Below are positions 12,649 through 22,826 of a DNA stretch of 64,000 nucleotides, one piece after another; the stretch's first letter is position 1, and every line of letters begins with the position of its first letter. The translations under genes were made by a program, and so were the position numbers. The notes under the pieces are model-generated. The model was given only the letters and a program-made list of their open reading frames with translations, had not been told where the DNA came from and did not search any database. Source of the DNA: an uncultured Gemmatimonadaceae bacterium (lineage in GTDB: Bacteria > Gemmatimonadota > Gemmatimonadetes > Gemmatimonadales > Gemmatimonadaceae); the NCBI GenBank assembly GCA_963829055.1, contig CAWHHI010000016.1, positions 448,001 through 512,000 on the forward strand. The letters run 5' to 3'.

Positions 12649-15190
12649 ATGCGTCCCGCCCGCCGTACCCCGAGCTGCTCGCTCCCGCCGGCTCACTCGA
12701 CGCCGTCCGCGCCGCTGTCGCGAACGGTGCGGACGCCGTGTACCTCGGCGCCGAGCGGTTCAACGCGCGCGACGAGGGCGCGCAGCTCACGCTCGACGAG
12801 CTCGAGCGCGCGTGCCGCTCGCGCACGCGCGGGCGTTCGCATCTACCTCACGCTCAACATCCTCATCAAGCCCGACGAGCTCGCCGACGCGCTCGATGTT
12901 CCTCGGCGACGCGATCGATCGCGGCATCGACGCGGCCATCGTGCAGGACATCGGGCTCGTGCGGCTCATCCAGCGCGGTCTATCCCGGGCTTCGAGATCC
13001 ACGGCTCGACGCAGATGACGGTGCACGACGCCAGCGGCGCGCGCGGTCATGCGCGAGCTCGGCGTCGACCGCGTCGTGCTCGCGCGCGAGAACACGCTCG
13101 ACGACATCCGGGCGATCCGCGCCGCCGTGCCCGACCTCGGACTCGAGACGTTCGTGCACGGCGCGCTCTGCATCTCGTACTCCGGCCAGTGCTACATGTC
13201 GGGGATGATCTCCGAGCGCAGCGCGAATCGCGGCTCGTGCGCGCAGTCGTGCCGCAAGGACTACGTACTCACCGACGCCGCGACCGGGCAGGAGCTCGAT
13301 CGCGGCTTCCTCATCTCGGCGAAGGACCTCGGCGCGCTCACGATCACCTCGCGGAGATCGCGGAGGCCGGCATCGGCTGCCTCAAGGTCGAAGGGCGGAA
13401 GAAGAAGCCCGAGTACGTCGCGACGGTCACGCATGGCTATCGCGAGTTTCTCGACCGCCTGGAGCAGGGCGATCCGTGGCGCCGCCGTCGTCCGAGGACG
13501 TGCAGCCGCTCGTCCAGATCTACAGCCGCGGCTTCACGCGGCGGCATGTACGGCGGTCGAGCGGGCCGCGACTACATCACGCGCACGCAGCCCGACAATC
13601 ACGGCGTCGTGATCGGCGAAGTCGTTGGACGTGAGGGCGGCGAGCTCCTCGTCGACGTCACGACGCCCATCGACGTCGGCGATGGCCTCGGCTTCGAGGC
13701 TCCCGAGGGGACGAAGGCGCCCACGTTAGGCTTCGCGGTGTCCGCCGTGCGGACCGTGCGTGAGCACGCGGCGGCGAACGCGTCAGGCGATCGCGACGCA
13801 GAACCACCGTGCCCGCCGGCTGGACCGTGCTGCGGACGTCGCACGCCGCGCTGCTCGAGCGCGCGCGCGCGAGCTTCGCCGAGCTGCCGGCGCCGGTGCG
13901 CACGCGGCGCGCGCGGCTGGACGTGCGGCTGTTCGGCGCCGCCGGCGCACCGCTCAAGGTCGTCGTCGAGTGCGGACGGCGAACAGGTCACCGTGCGCGG
14001 CGAGGTGCCGCTGTCGCCCGCGCGCGCCCACGCTCTCGATGTATCGAGGCTTCGCGAGCAGTTCGGCCGCCTCGGCGAGACGCCGTTCGCGCTCGGCGAG
14101 CTCGACATCGCAGGACTGCGCCAGCGGGCTGTTTCTGCCGATGAGCGAGCTGAATCACCTGCGGCAACAGATCGTGGACGAGCTGTTGCTGCGTCGCGAC
14201 TGGGCTGCGTCCACGCGTGCTGCAGATCGCGCAGCAACGATCGCCGCCGCGATAGCCAACGTGCCGGTGGCTGGCCCGCCCGCGATGCATCCGTCGTTCC
14301 CGGCATCACGGTAACCGCGCCGAGCCACACGGAGTTCGTGCTCAGCGCGGAGGTGTATCGCGTCGAAGACGCCCGCGCCGCGGCGGATGCCGGCGCCACC
14401 GAAGTCACGTTCGATCCGTTTCTGCGTCACCCCGCTCCTCCCGCTGCCCGCGTTAGGGCGCTGGCAGAGGAGCTCTCGGCCCGCGGCGTCTCGCTTCGCT
14501 TGCGCACGCCGACGATCGTTCGGCCCGAGGACCGGCGCTCGCTCGAGAAGTGGCTCGCGCTCGAGATGCCGATTCTCTCGGGCCATCTTGGGTCTCGTCG
14601 CCGAGTTGTCGCGCGCCGGTCGCGACGTGATCGCGGACTACGCGGTGAACTGCTTCAACCAGCACACCGCGGCGGAGGTATTCCGGCTCGGTGCTCGGCG
14701 CATCGTCATGTCGATCGAGCTCACGACGGGCGAGCTCGCCGCCGTCGTTGCGCCGTGGAGCGGCCGTGGGTTCGACGTCCTCGTGTACGGCCGGCCCGAG
14801 GGCATGACGATCGAGCACTGCGTGTTGTCCGCGGCGTTCGACCGCGAGCCGACGACGTGCCGCGACCTGTGCGTGCAGAAGCACCCGATCGTCGAGCTCA
14901 CGGATCCGGCGGGCTACACGTTCGCCGTCGCGACCGATTCGGCGTGTCGCAATCGGCTGCTGCACTCGAGACCCATCGAAGCGTCCGAGTATCTGCCGCG
15001 GCTCTGGCAGTCGGGCATTCGCGGATTCCGCACCGTGTTCAACGTGCCCGGCGATCCGATCCGCGATGTGGTCGCGGGCTATCGCTCTGCGCTCGACGCG
15101 TTGGCGTCAGGATCGACGGTACAGGCGTCCGCGGTTCGCGAGCTCGTCGGTGCGAGGTTCACGCGCGGCCACTTCGCTCGCGCGGTTTGA
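12649..15190 (+). CDS. U32 family protein, long RlhA-like form (Fe-S RNA hydroxylase family), frameshifted
   Basis: PELLAPAG, GADAVYLG, HGSTQMT, RVVLARE, FVHGALCISYSGQC, NRGSCAQSCR, LKVEGR; second degenerate U32 domain; ends FTRGHF. Confidence 0.85.
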
Positions 15191-15197
15191 GCGCGTT

Positions 15198-15330
15198 GTC
15201 ATTCCGAGCGACGCCGGTCATTCGAGCAAGGCGACAGCGAGTCGAGGAATCGCGATCCTGCTCGGTAGAGGGCTCTCTGCCAGCGCATGAGTCGCGATTC
15301 CTCGACTGCGCTTCGCTCGCTCGGAATGAC
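15198..15330. repeat. REP/MITE-like intergenic palindromic element
   Basis: 14-bp terminal IR GTCATTCCGAGCGA (15198-15211) / TCGCTCGGAATGAC (15317-15330) and inner 16-bp IR (15240-15255 / 15292-15307). Confidence 0.75.
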
Positions 15331-15416
15331 GCGCGTCCTCGTCGCAACACGACGATGATGGTCCACGTCAGAGCAGCTGGTTATTGTTCGACGTGACCAC
15401 CGATGTAGAGCCCGAG

Positions 15417-17496
15417 ATGTTGATGGAGAAGGCCCGCGCCACGTTGCGCGAGTCGTTCGGCTACCCGGGATTCCGCCCCGGACAGGAGCGCGCGATCGCC
15501 TCCGTCCTCGGCGGCCGAGACACGCTCGTCGTGCTGCCTACCGGCGGTGGGAAGTCGCTGTGCTACCAGGTGCCCGCGCTGATGCTGCCGGGACTCACCG
15601 TCGTCGTGTCGCCGCTGATCTCGCTCATGAAGGATCAGGTCGACGCGCTGAACGCACGCGGTCTCGCCGCGACATTCATCAACAGCACGCTCACGAGCTC
15701 ACAGGTCTCCGATCGCCTCGCGCGCGCCGGGCGTGGTGACCTCAAGCTGCTGTACGTCGCGCCGGAGCGCTTCGACGTCGGCACTACGGCCGAGCGGCTG
15801 CGAGCCATGGGCGTGTCGCTACTGGCCGTGGACGAGGCCCACTGCATCAGCGAGTGGGGCCACGACTTCCGGCCGAGCTATCTGCGCATGCGCGACGTGC
15901 GCGAGCGGCTCGGCGCGCCGCCCACTATCGCGCTGACGGCGACGGCGACGCCCGAGGTCCGCAAGGACATTGCGCTGCAGCTCGCACTGCGAAATCCCGA
16001 GCATCATCGTCACGGGCTTCGATCGCACGAACCTGCACTATCACGTGCTGCCCACGCGCAACGAGCAGGAGAAGGACGACGCGCTGGTGCAGACCCTGAA
16101 GGACCACGAGGGCGTCGCCGTCATCTACGCGTCGACGCGACGCAACGTCGAACGGATCGCCGGAGTTCTGGAGCGCGCGCGCATGTCGGCGACGGCATAT
16201 CACGCGGGACTCGATGACGCACACCGGCACGACGTGCAGGAAAGCTTCATGAACGAGCGCGTCCGCGCGATCGTCGCCACGAACGCGTTCGGCATGGGCA
16301 TCGACAAGCCTAACGTGCGACTCGTGGTGCATCACGCGATGCCGGGCACGCTCGAGGCGTACTACCAGGAGGCCGGTCGTGCCGGCCGCGATGGGCAGCA
16401 CTCCGAGTGCGTGCTGCTTCACTCGTTCCCGGACCGGTTCACGCACGAGTTCTTCATCAAGGGTGCGTACCCCGAGCGCGCGCTCGTGGAGTCGGTCTAC
16501 AACGCGCTGCGCCGAGTCGTGGATGGTTCGGGCATGACCGACCTCGGCTCCGCGGAGATTGCGAGGCTGGTTCCCGGCAAGGTCGGCGACCGCGAAGTCG
16601 ACTCCGTGCTTCGTATTCTGATGAAGGCCGACGCCGTACGCCGCGAGTCCGAGTCGGGATCGTCCGTGCTCATTCGACTGCTGGCTACGCCAGAGCGCAT
16701 CAAGCGCGAACTGCCCGATCCGCACAACCCGGAGCTTGGATTGCTGCGCGCGCTCTGGCGTGCCGTCGGCGCCCGCCTCCATGACGGCGCCGTTGTGAGC
16801 CTGGACGGGCTTCCACCCGGGTTCAGCGGGGCGAGTACCGCCATTCCCCTGCTGTCCTCACTGCAGTCACGGCAGTTCCTGACCTGGGAGCGCATTGGCG
16901 GCGGCACTCGCCTCACGAACCCGAGCGCACCCTTGTCGTCCTTCGACGTGGAGTGGGCAGTGCTCGATCGGCGACGCCGTGCTGATCTCGCAAAGCTCGA
17001 TGCCATGCAGAAATACGCGTACACGACCGGTTGCCGCCGCGCCTTTGTTCTTCGATATTTCGGTGACGAAGCCGGTCGGGGAACCTGCGGCGGTTGCGAT
17101 AACTGCCTTGGCGTCCACGTCGGCAAGGAGCGTCAGCAGCCGGCACCAGCCCGAACGCGTCGTGAGAAGGCGGCGCCGGTAGCGGGCAGCCGAGGTTCGG
17201 CTCGACCGCGAAGTGCGCAGGCCGATCCGGAGCCTGGAACGGACCTGGTGCTGGACGGTGCGGACGCGAGGCTGTTTGCCACGCTGAAGTCCCTTCGAAG
17301 CTCGATCGCGCGCGAGGAGAAGGTCCCGGCATACGTGGTGTTCTCCGACCGTACGCTGGCCGAGTTGGCTGCACGAAAGCCGCGATCGACAGCGTCACTG
17401 CTCGAGGTGCGCGGTGTAGGACAGGCGAAGTTGGACAAATACGGCGAGCGATTCCTCGCCGCCATCAAGGGCGCAGACGAAACCGAAGCCGCGTAA
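15417..17496 (+). CDS. recQ: RecQ family ATP-dependent DNA helicase with C-terminal HRDC (one frameshift near 16000)
   Basis: LPTGGGKSLCYQ, VDEAHCISEWGHDFRP, ATNAFGMGIDK, YYQEAGRAGRDG, CRR..YFG..CGGCDNC, PAYVVFSDRTL. Confidence 0.93.
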
Positions 17497-17549
17497 TGAC
17501 GGGACGGAACCGCGTCGACCCATTCAAGCCGTAACGGCCGGCCGCACCT

Positions 17550-18767
17550 ATGGACGATTCTCTGTATTTCAGCGAGCAACACCTGGCGGTTCGCGAGATG
17601 GTTCGCGGCTTCGCCCAGGACGAGGTGGCTCCTGTCGCGTCGCAGCTGGACGAGCGCGCCGAGTTTCCCTGGGAAAACATCAAGAAGATGGGCGAGCTCG
17701 GACTCCTCGGCGTGCCGTGGTCCGAGGAGCTCGGTGGCGCGGGTCTCGACTACATCGCCTACATGATGGCGATCCACGAGATGGCGAAGGTCGACGCTTC
17801 GCACGCCATCACCATCTCGGCCCACACGACACTGGGCACGTCGCCCATCGTCCACTTCGGAACGCCTGCGCAGCGCGAGCGCTACGTGCCGTTGCTGGCC
17901 TCGGGCAAGGTGCTCGGTGGGTTCGGTCTCACAGAGGAAAGCGCGGGCAGCGACGCTGGCGGCACGCGGACGATGGCCGTGCGGAAGAACGGCCACTACG
18001 TCCTGAACGGATCGAAGCGCTTCATCACGCACGGCGGTGTCGGTGAGATCTTCGTCGTTACGGCCGTCACCGACCCGAAGAAAGGAACGAAGGGCATCTC
18101 CTCGTTCATCATGACGAAGCCGACGTCCGACCTGCAGAAGGCTGCGGCGGTCGGGGTCGGGCACGACGCCTCGCTTCCGGCCATGGCTGGATTCAGATCG
18201 GGGAAGAAGGAAGACAAGCTCGGATGGCGTGCGTCGGACACGTGCGAGCTGATCTTCGAGGACGTCGAAGTACCGGTCGAGAACCTGCTCGGCAAAGAGG
18301 GGCAGGGGTTCATCAACTTCATGCGGACGCTCGACGCCGGCCGCATCGGCCTCGCGGCACTCTCGTTAGGCCTGGCCGAGGGCGCGTTCGAGCAGGCCAT
18401 GCGGTATGCGACCGTTCGCCGTCAGTTCGGCAAGCCCATCTTCGAATTTCAGGGCCTGCAGTTCCAGCTGTCGGACATGGCCACGGAGATCGAAGCGGGG
18501 AAGCACCTCATGTATCACGCGGCCTGGCTTGCGCAGCATGGCAAGCCGTTCACGAAGCAGGCGGCCATGGCGAAGCTGTTCTGCTCCGAGGTCGCGATGC
18601 GGACCACGCTCAAGGCCATTCAGGTGCACGGCGGGTACGGATACACGCGCGACTACCCGGTCGAGCGGATGATGCGCGATGCAAAGATCTGCGAGATCGG
18701 CGAGGGAACGTCGGAGATCCAACGCCTCGTGATCGCGCGGAGTCTCCTGCGGGAGATGGCTGATTGA
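17550..18767 (+). CDS. Acyl-CoA dehydrogenase (short/branched-chain type)
   Basis: [46 protein letters not shown]. Confidence 0.95.
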   Translation: MDDSLYFSEQHLAVREMVRGFAQDEVAPVASQLDERAEFPWENIKKMGELGLLGVPWSEELGGAGLDYIAYMMAIHEMAKVDASHAITISAHTTLGTSPIVHFGTPAQRERYVPLLASGKVLGGFGLTEESAGSDAGGTRTMAVRKNGHYVLNGSKRFITHGGVGEIFVVTAVTDPKKGTKGISSFIMTKPTSDLQKAAAVGVGHDASLPAMAGFRSGKKEDKLGWRASDTCELIFEDVEVPVENLLGKEGQGFINFMRTLDAGRIGLAALSLGLAEGAFEQAMRYATVRRQFGKPIFEFQGLQFQLSDMATEIEAGKHLMYHAAWLAQHGKPFTKQAAMAKLFCSEVAMRTTLKAIQVHGGYGYTRDYPVERMMRDAKICEIGEGTSEIQRLVIARSLLREMAD

Positions 18768-19321
18768 CCTTCGAGCAAGCCGCGAGGCGACTGCGATTAC
18801 CGCTCGGCTTTCTTCTGGCGGCGTTGTATCTCGCGTTCGGGCCTCGGCCCACACCGATCACGCTGGCGGTGGGCGGTGGCTTGGCACTCGTTGGGCTGTT
18901 GATTCGCGCGTGGGCGGCTGGGCACATCGTCAAGAACGACCGGTTGGCCACGACCGGCCCGTACGCCCACACCCGCAATCCGCTGTACTTCGGCAGCTTC
19001 CTGATCGCTGCCGGCTTTGCCGTCGCGGCGCACTGGTCGCTGTTGTTGATCGTCATCGCGTTCTTTGCGCTTGTGTACGGCCCGACGATTGAGAAAGAGC
19101 GCTCGAAGATCAGCGCACGGTTCCCCGACGCATACGCCCGCTGGGAACAGAACGTCCCTGCGTTCGTGCCGCGGCCAATGCCATGGCGTGACCCTATGGC
19201 CGCGGAGTCCGAACGGTTCAGTCCGTCGCTCTACATGCGTCATGGTGAATGGCGGGCGGGGCTGGGATTTATCCTCGCTCTCGTATGGCTCGTCCTGCGA
19301 ATGAGAGGCGATCTATGGTGA
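18764..19321 (+). CDS. Isoprenylcysteine carboxylmethyltransferase / PEMT family membrane protein
   Basis: [17 protein letters not shown] motif, TM helices, VPAFVP. Confidence 0.85.
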   Translation: MTFEQAARRLRLPLGFLLAALYLAFGPRPTPITLAVGGGLALVGLLIRAWAAGHIVKNDRLATTGPYAHTRNPLYFGSFLIAAGFAVAAHWSLLLIVIAFFALVYGPTIEKERSKISARFPDAYARWEQNVPAFVPRPMPWRDPMAAESERFSPSLYMRHGEWRAGLGFILALVWLVLRMRGDLW

Positions 19322-19784
19322 CCGCTCATTCCGCTCCAAAGCTTTTTGCACGGTCGGTCGTGATCGACGCCCTGGGCGTGATCGCGCGGCTCTGTGCACT
19401 CGTTGGTTCCCCCGTTTGGCGCGCCGTGCGACTCGCGGCGCGTCTTGCGTTGCCGCCGCGGTTCCGGCGCCCCGAGCGGGCGTCGGTGGATCGCGGCTCT
19501 TCTGCCCGGTACGGCGCCGTCACGGCGATCAGCGATCGCACGCAACACCGTTCACTGCGGGTTTCGACCGAGCGCGTTTCACCGCCTCTGGCGGTGCACG
19601 ACGCGCGATCGAGTCGAACACCTGCCGGACGTTGCGTGGCCGATCACGTACCGACAGCTGAAGACACGACACATCGGGACGCATTGCCCGCCCACGCGGC
19701 GTGCAGGTGCGTCCACCCTCACTCTTTCCCATGGCCGTACAACCGCCGAGGAGTCGCCTCGGTGGAGATTGTCGGCCGAGCCAC

Positions 19785-21344
19785 ATGAAGCGAGAAATTC
19801 TCATCAATGCGAATCCGCGCGAAACGCGGGTCGCGATCATCGAGGACGACCAGCTGGTCGAATTGCTCGTCGACCGTCCCGAAGCCCGGCGGATGGTTGG
19901 CGACATTTACCTCGGTAAAGTCGAAGCGGTTCTCCCGGGCATCCAGGCGGCGTTCGTGGACATCGGCACTGAAAAGAGTGCCTTTCTCCATGCGTCCGAC
20001 CTCGTCTTCGACGAGGACGGGGATGATGACGACGACGAAGAAGAAGAGGGCGGAGAAGCCGACGAGGCAGACACGCCGGCCCGAGGCCGTCGCGCGAAAG
20101 CACCTGCGATTCAGGATGTTCTGAAGCGTGGCCAGGAGATCCTGGTGCAGATCTCCAAGGAACCGATCTCCACGAAGGGCCCACGCGTCACCGCGCAGAT
20201 ATCGATGGCCGGCCGGTTCCTCGTGTACATGCCGTTCGCGAGTCGAGTCGGCGTCAGTCGAAAGATCGGCGAGCGCGCGGAACGGCAGCGGCTCCGCGAA
20301 CAGGTGCAGAGCGTGCTCCCGCCTGATTCAGGTGGTGTCATCGTCCGCACGGTCGGCGAGGACGTCACGCAGGAGACGTTCAGCCGCGAACTGAACACGC
20401 TCATCACGCAGTGGAAGCGGATCAAGAAGAAGACCCATTTCCTCCGCTCTCCCGCACTGGTACACCGCGAGACGAGCCTCACGCGCGGCATCATCCGCGA
20501 CCTGTTCAGCACGAAGATCGAGGGACTGACGGTCGACTCGAAGCAGGTCTACAACGAAATCGTCGAGTACCTGAAGGGCATCGCGCCCGAGCTCGTCGAC
20601 CGGATCAAGCTCCATGAAGAGCCCGTCCCGTTGTTCGACAAGGCTGAGATCGAAACGGAGATCCGTGACCTGTTCAAACGTCGGTGTGATCTGCCGTCTG
20701 GCGGCTACCTGATCATCGAGCCGACGGAGGCGCTGGTCTCGATCGACATCAACTCGGGGCGCTACACGGGCAAGAAGGATCCCGAGAAGACGATTCTGAA
20801 AACGAACGTCGAGGCGGCACGCGAGGTCGCTCGCCAGCTGCGCCTTCGAGACGTCGGTGGCATCATCGTGTGCGACTTCATCGACATGGAGTCGAAGCAG
20901 AATCGCGACCGGGTCCTTCAGGAGCTGCGAACCCACCTCGGACGTGACCGGGCGCGGACGAAGGCGTTCGCGGTCAGCGACCTGGGTCTGATCGAGATGA
21001 CACGGCAACGCGTGCGGCAGAGCCATCTGCAGAGCATGACGGAGCCGTGTCAGACGTGCCACGGCACCGGTCGGGTGTTCACGCCGGAAACGATCATCCG
21101 CCGGATGGAGCGTTCGGTGAAGCGCATGGCGGTGGAGGGCCGCCGCGATCACCTCGTGATCCGGCTGCACCCGGACGTCGCCATGTATGTGCTGGAGCAG
21201 GAGCCGGACATCATGAAGAAGCTCGAAAAAGCTGCCGGCTTCTCGCTGGAAGTCCGTGATGACCCGCTACTTCGTCCCGACGAGTTCAAGCTGGTGGTGA
21301 AGGGCGCAGGTCGAGACGTTACGCAGCAGTACGCCGTCGCCTAG
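19785..21344 (+). CDS. Rne/Rng family ribonuclease (RNase E/G catalytic domain)
   Basis: MKREILIN..ETRVAI, GDIYLGKV..VLPGIQAAFVDIG, KEPISTKG, IDINSG, RQLRLRDVGGIIVCDFIDM, CQTCHGTG. Confidence 0.95.
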   Translation: MKREILINANPRETRVAIIEDDQLVELLVDRPEARRMVGDIYLGKVEAVLPGIQAAFVDIGTEKSAFLHASDLVFDEDGDDDDDEEEEGGEADEADTPARGRRAKAPAIQDVLKRGQEILVQISKEPISTKGPRVTAQISMAGRFLVYMPFASRVGVSRKIGERAERQRLREQVQSVLPPDSGGVIVRTVGEDVTQETFSRELNTLITQWKRIKKKTHFLRSPALVHRETSLTRGIIRDLFSTKIEGLTVDSKQVYNEIVEYLKGIAPELVDRIKLHEEPVPLFDKAEIETEIRDLFKRRCDLPSGGYLIIEPTEALVSIDINSGRYTGKKDPEKTILKTNVEAAREVARQLRLRDVGGIIVCDFIDMESKQNRDRVLQELRTHLGRDRARTKAFAVSDLGLIEMTRQRVRQSHLQSMTEPCQTCHGTGRVFTPETIIRRMERSVKRMAVEGRRDHLVIRLHPDVAMYVLEQEPDIMKKLEKAAGFSLEVRDDPLLRPDEFKLVVKGAGRDVTQQYAVA

Positions 21345-21352
21345 ACAACGGC

Positions 21353-21457
21353 GCTGGTTGCTGGGTGGTCGTGCTTGGTGCTGGGTGACGCTGGGTGCCA
21401 GCTGGTTGCACCCACTCAGCGTCACCCAGCCACCAGCAGCCGCACCCAGCAACCAGC
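21353..21457. repeat. Intergenic hairpin built from GCTGG(G/T)T heptamers
   Basis: GCTGGTTGCTGGGTG (21353-21367) pairs with 21443-21457; GCTGGGTGACGCTG (21380-21393) pairs with 21417-21430. Confidence 0.75.
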
Positions 21458-21469
21458 CTGCAGTTATAG

Positions 21470-21498
21470 TTGACAGCTAAGTGCCTGCGGAATATGTT
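21470..21498 (+). promoter_or_regulatory. Sigma70-type promoter of rplU-rpmA
   Basis: TTGACA-N17-TATGTT. Confidence 0.7.
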
Positions 21499-21536
21499 GC
21501 TAGGCTCTACATCCACCCTGCGTTTCAGAAATTCTT

Positions 21537-21851
21537 ATGTCTTACGCGATCATTCGCACCGGCGGGAAGCAGTTCCGCGTCGAGCCGGGCATGACGCTCC
21601 GGCTGCCGACGCTCGTCGGTGATGCTGGCGCTTCAATCGAGTTCAACGACGTCCTGCTTGGCTCCGATGGGAACACGGTGCACACCGGTGTCCCGTCGAT
21701 CTCCGGTGCCAAGGTGACCGGTGAGATCGTCAAGCACGGTCGCGGCGACAAGATCGTCGTCTTCAAGTTCCGACGCCGGAAGAACTACGCCCGCAAGCAG
21801 GGGCACCGGCAGGGCTTCACCGAAGTCCGCATCAAAGACATCACGCTCTAA
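21537..21851 (+). CDS. rplU: 50S ribosomal protein L21
   Basis: YAIIRTGGKQFRV...KFRRRKNYARKQGHRQ. Confidence 0.98.
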   Translation: MSYAIIRTGGKQFRVEPGMTLRLPTLVGDAGASIEFNDVLLGSDGNTVHTGVPSISGAKVTGEIVKHGRGDKIVVFKFRRRKNYARKQGHRQGFTEVRIKDITL

Positions 21852-21863
21852 GGCCGAGGCGAT

Positions 21864-22145
21864 ATGGCTCATAAAAAAGGCGTCGGCTCGTCCCGCAACG
21901 GGCGCGACAGCAATCCGAAATTCCGCGGCATCAAGAAATACGGTGGTGAGCGCGTGATCGCCGGGAACATCATCCTGCGCCAGTGCGGCACCAAATGGCA
22001 CCCGGGTCGTAACGTCGGCATCGGGACGGACTACACGATCTATTCGCTCATCGACGGCGTCGTGAAGTTCGAGCACAAGAGCAAGACGCGCTTCAAGGTC
22101 AGCGTCTATCCGGCGCAGGGTGACGAGGCCGTCACGGCTGCCTGA
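21864..22145 (+). CDS. rpmA: 50S ribosomal protein L27
   Basis: [16 protein letters not shown]. Confidence 0.98.
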   Translation: MAHKKGVGSSRNGRDSNPKFRGIKKYGGERVIAGNIILRQCGTKWHPGRNVGIGTDYTIYSLIDGVVKFEHKSKTRFKVSVYPAQGDEAVTAA

Positions 22146-22167
22146 TCGACGCGCAAGGCGAGAACCG

Positions 22168-22199
22168 AGGCTCCGCGATTAGCGGAGCCTTTTTCTTTT
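22168..22199 (+). terminator. Intrinsic terminator after rpmA
   Basis: AGGCTCCGC-GATTA-GCGGAGCCT followed by a T-tract. Confidence 0.85.
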
Positions 22200-22304
22200 C
22201 TAGCACCTGCATTGCCGCACAGCTCCCCTCGCTTGGGCACTCGCCGTGCAACATCGTACGGCGTGTCGTCGTAATTGGACGCGACACATTCAACGGTGAG
22301 ACCC

Positions 22305-22691
22305 ATGGCGATTTGGGACAAGCTCAAGACCGAGCTCGATCGCGCCGGCAAAGCGGCGCAGAACGCTCTTGATGAAGGGAAAGTCCGACTCGAGGCTTTC
22401 AGAACGCGTCAACTGGCAGACAAGGCGGCGCAAGCACTGGGCTACGCCGTGTACCGCGCGAAGCAGTCGGGCAGCGAGCTCGATGCCGAGACGTCCGCGC
22501 GTCTGCTGGCCACGCTGACGACACACGAAGCGGAAGCGGCACGACTCGAGCAGCAGCTCCACGACATTGGGGCGTCGAGACCCGACGCGCCATCCGCCGA
22601 GGCCTCGTCGGCACCTCCACCGCCGTCTTCACCGCCACCGCCACCATCGGCGGCAGACGCACCACCGGCACCGGAAGCGCCAGTGATTTAA
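22305..22691 (+). CDS. Hypothetical coiled-coil protein with Pro-rich tail
   Basis: MAIWDKLKTELDRAGKAAQNALDEGK...; GGTGAG RBS upstream; coding-like codon use. Confidence 0.75.
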   Translation: MAIWDKLKTELDRAGKAAQNALDEGKVRLEAFRTRQLADKAAQALGYAVYRAKQSGSELDAETSARLLATLTTHEAEAARLEQQLHDIGASRPDAPSAEASSAPPPPSSPPPPPSAADAPPAPEAPVI

Positions 22692-22694
22692 CAG

Positions 22695-22820
22695 GCTATC
22701 AGCCATCAGCCATCGGCCATCAGCTCAAACAGCGAACCCTCGCGATGCTTCTCTCGCGAGAGAAACGTCGCGAGGGTTCTCGCTTTTTGAGCTGATGGCT
22801 GATGGCTGATGGCTGATAGC
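22695..22820. repeat. 126-nt near-perfect hairpin with (AGCCATC)n/(GATGGCT)n arms between convergent genes; probable bidirectional terminator
   Basis: 35-bp outer IR with one G.T mismatch; inner IR 22734-22745 / 22768-22779; central palindrome TTCTCTCGCGAGAGAA. Confidence 0.8.
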
Positions 22821-22826
22821 TTATCG

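Noticed and set aside
12649..15396. Single 915-aa ORF from the ORF track
   Set aside because: It is a mosaic of frames; the real U32 protein switches frames and ends at 15190, and the tail runs through a palindromic repeat.
21353..22820. Short repeats as CRISPR arrays
   Set aside because: Units are 7 bp, contiguous and without unique spacers; no cas genes are present.
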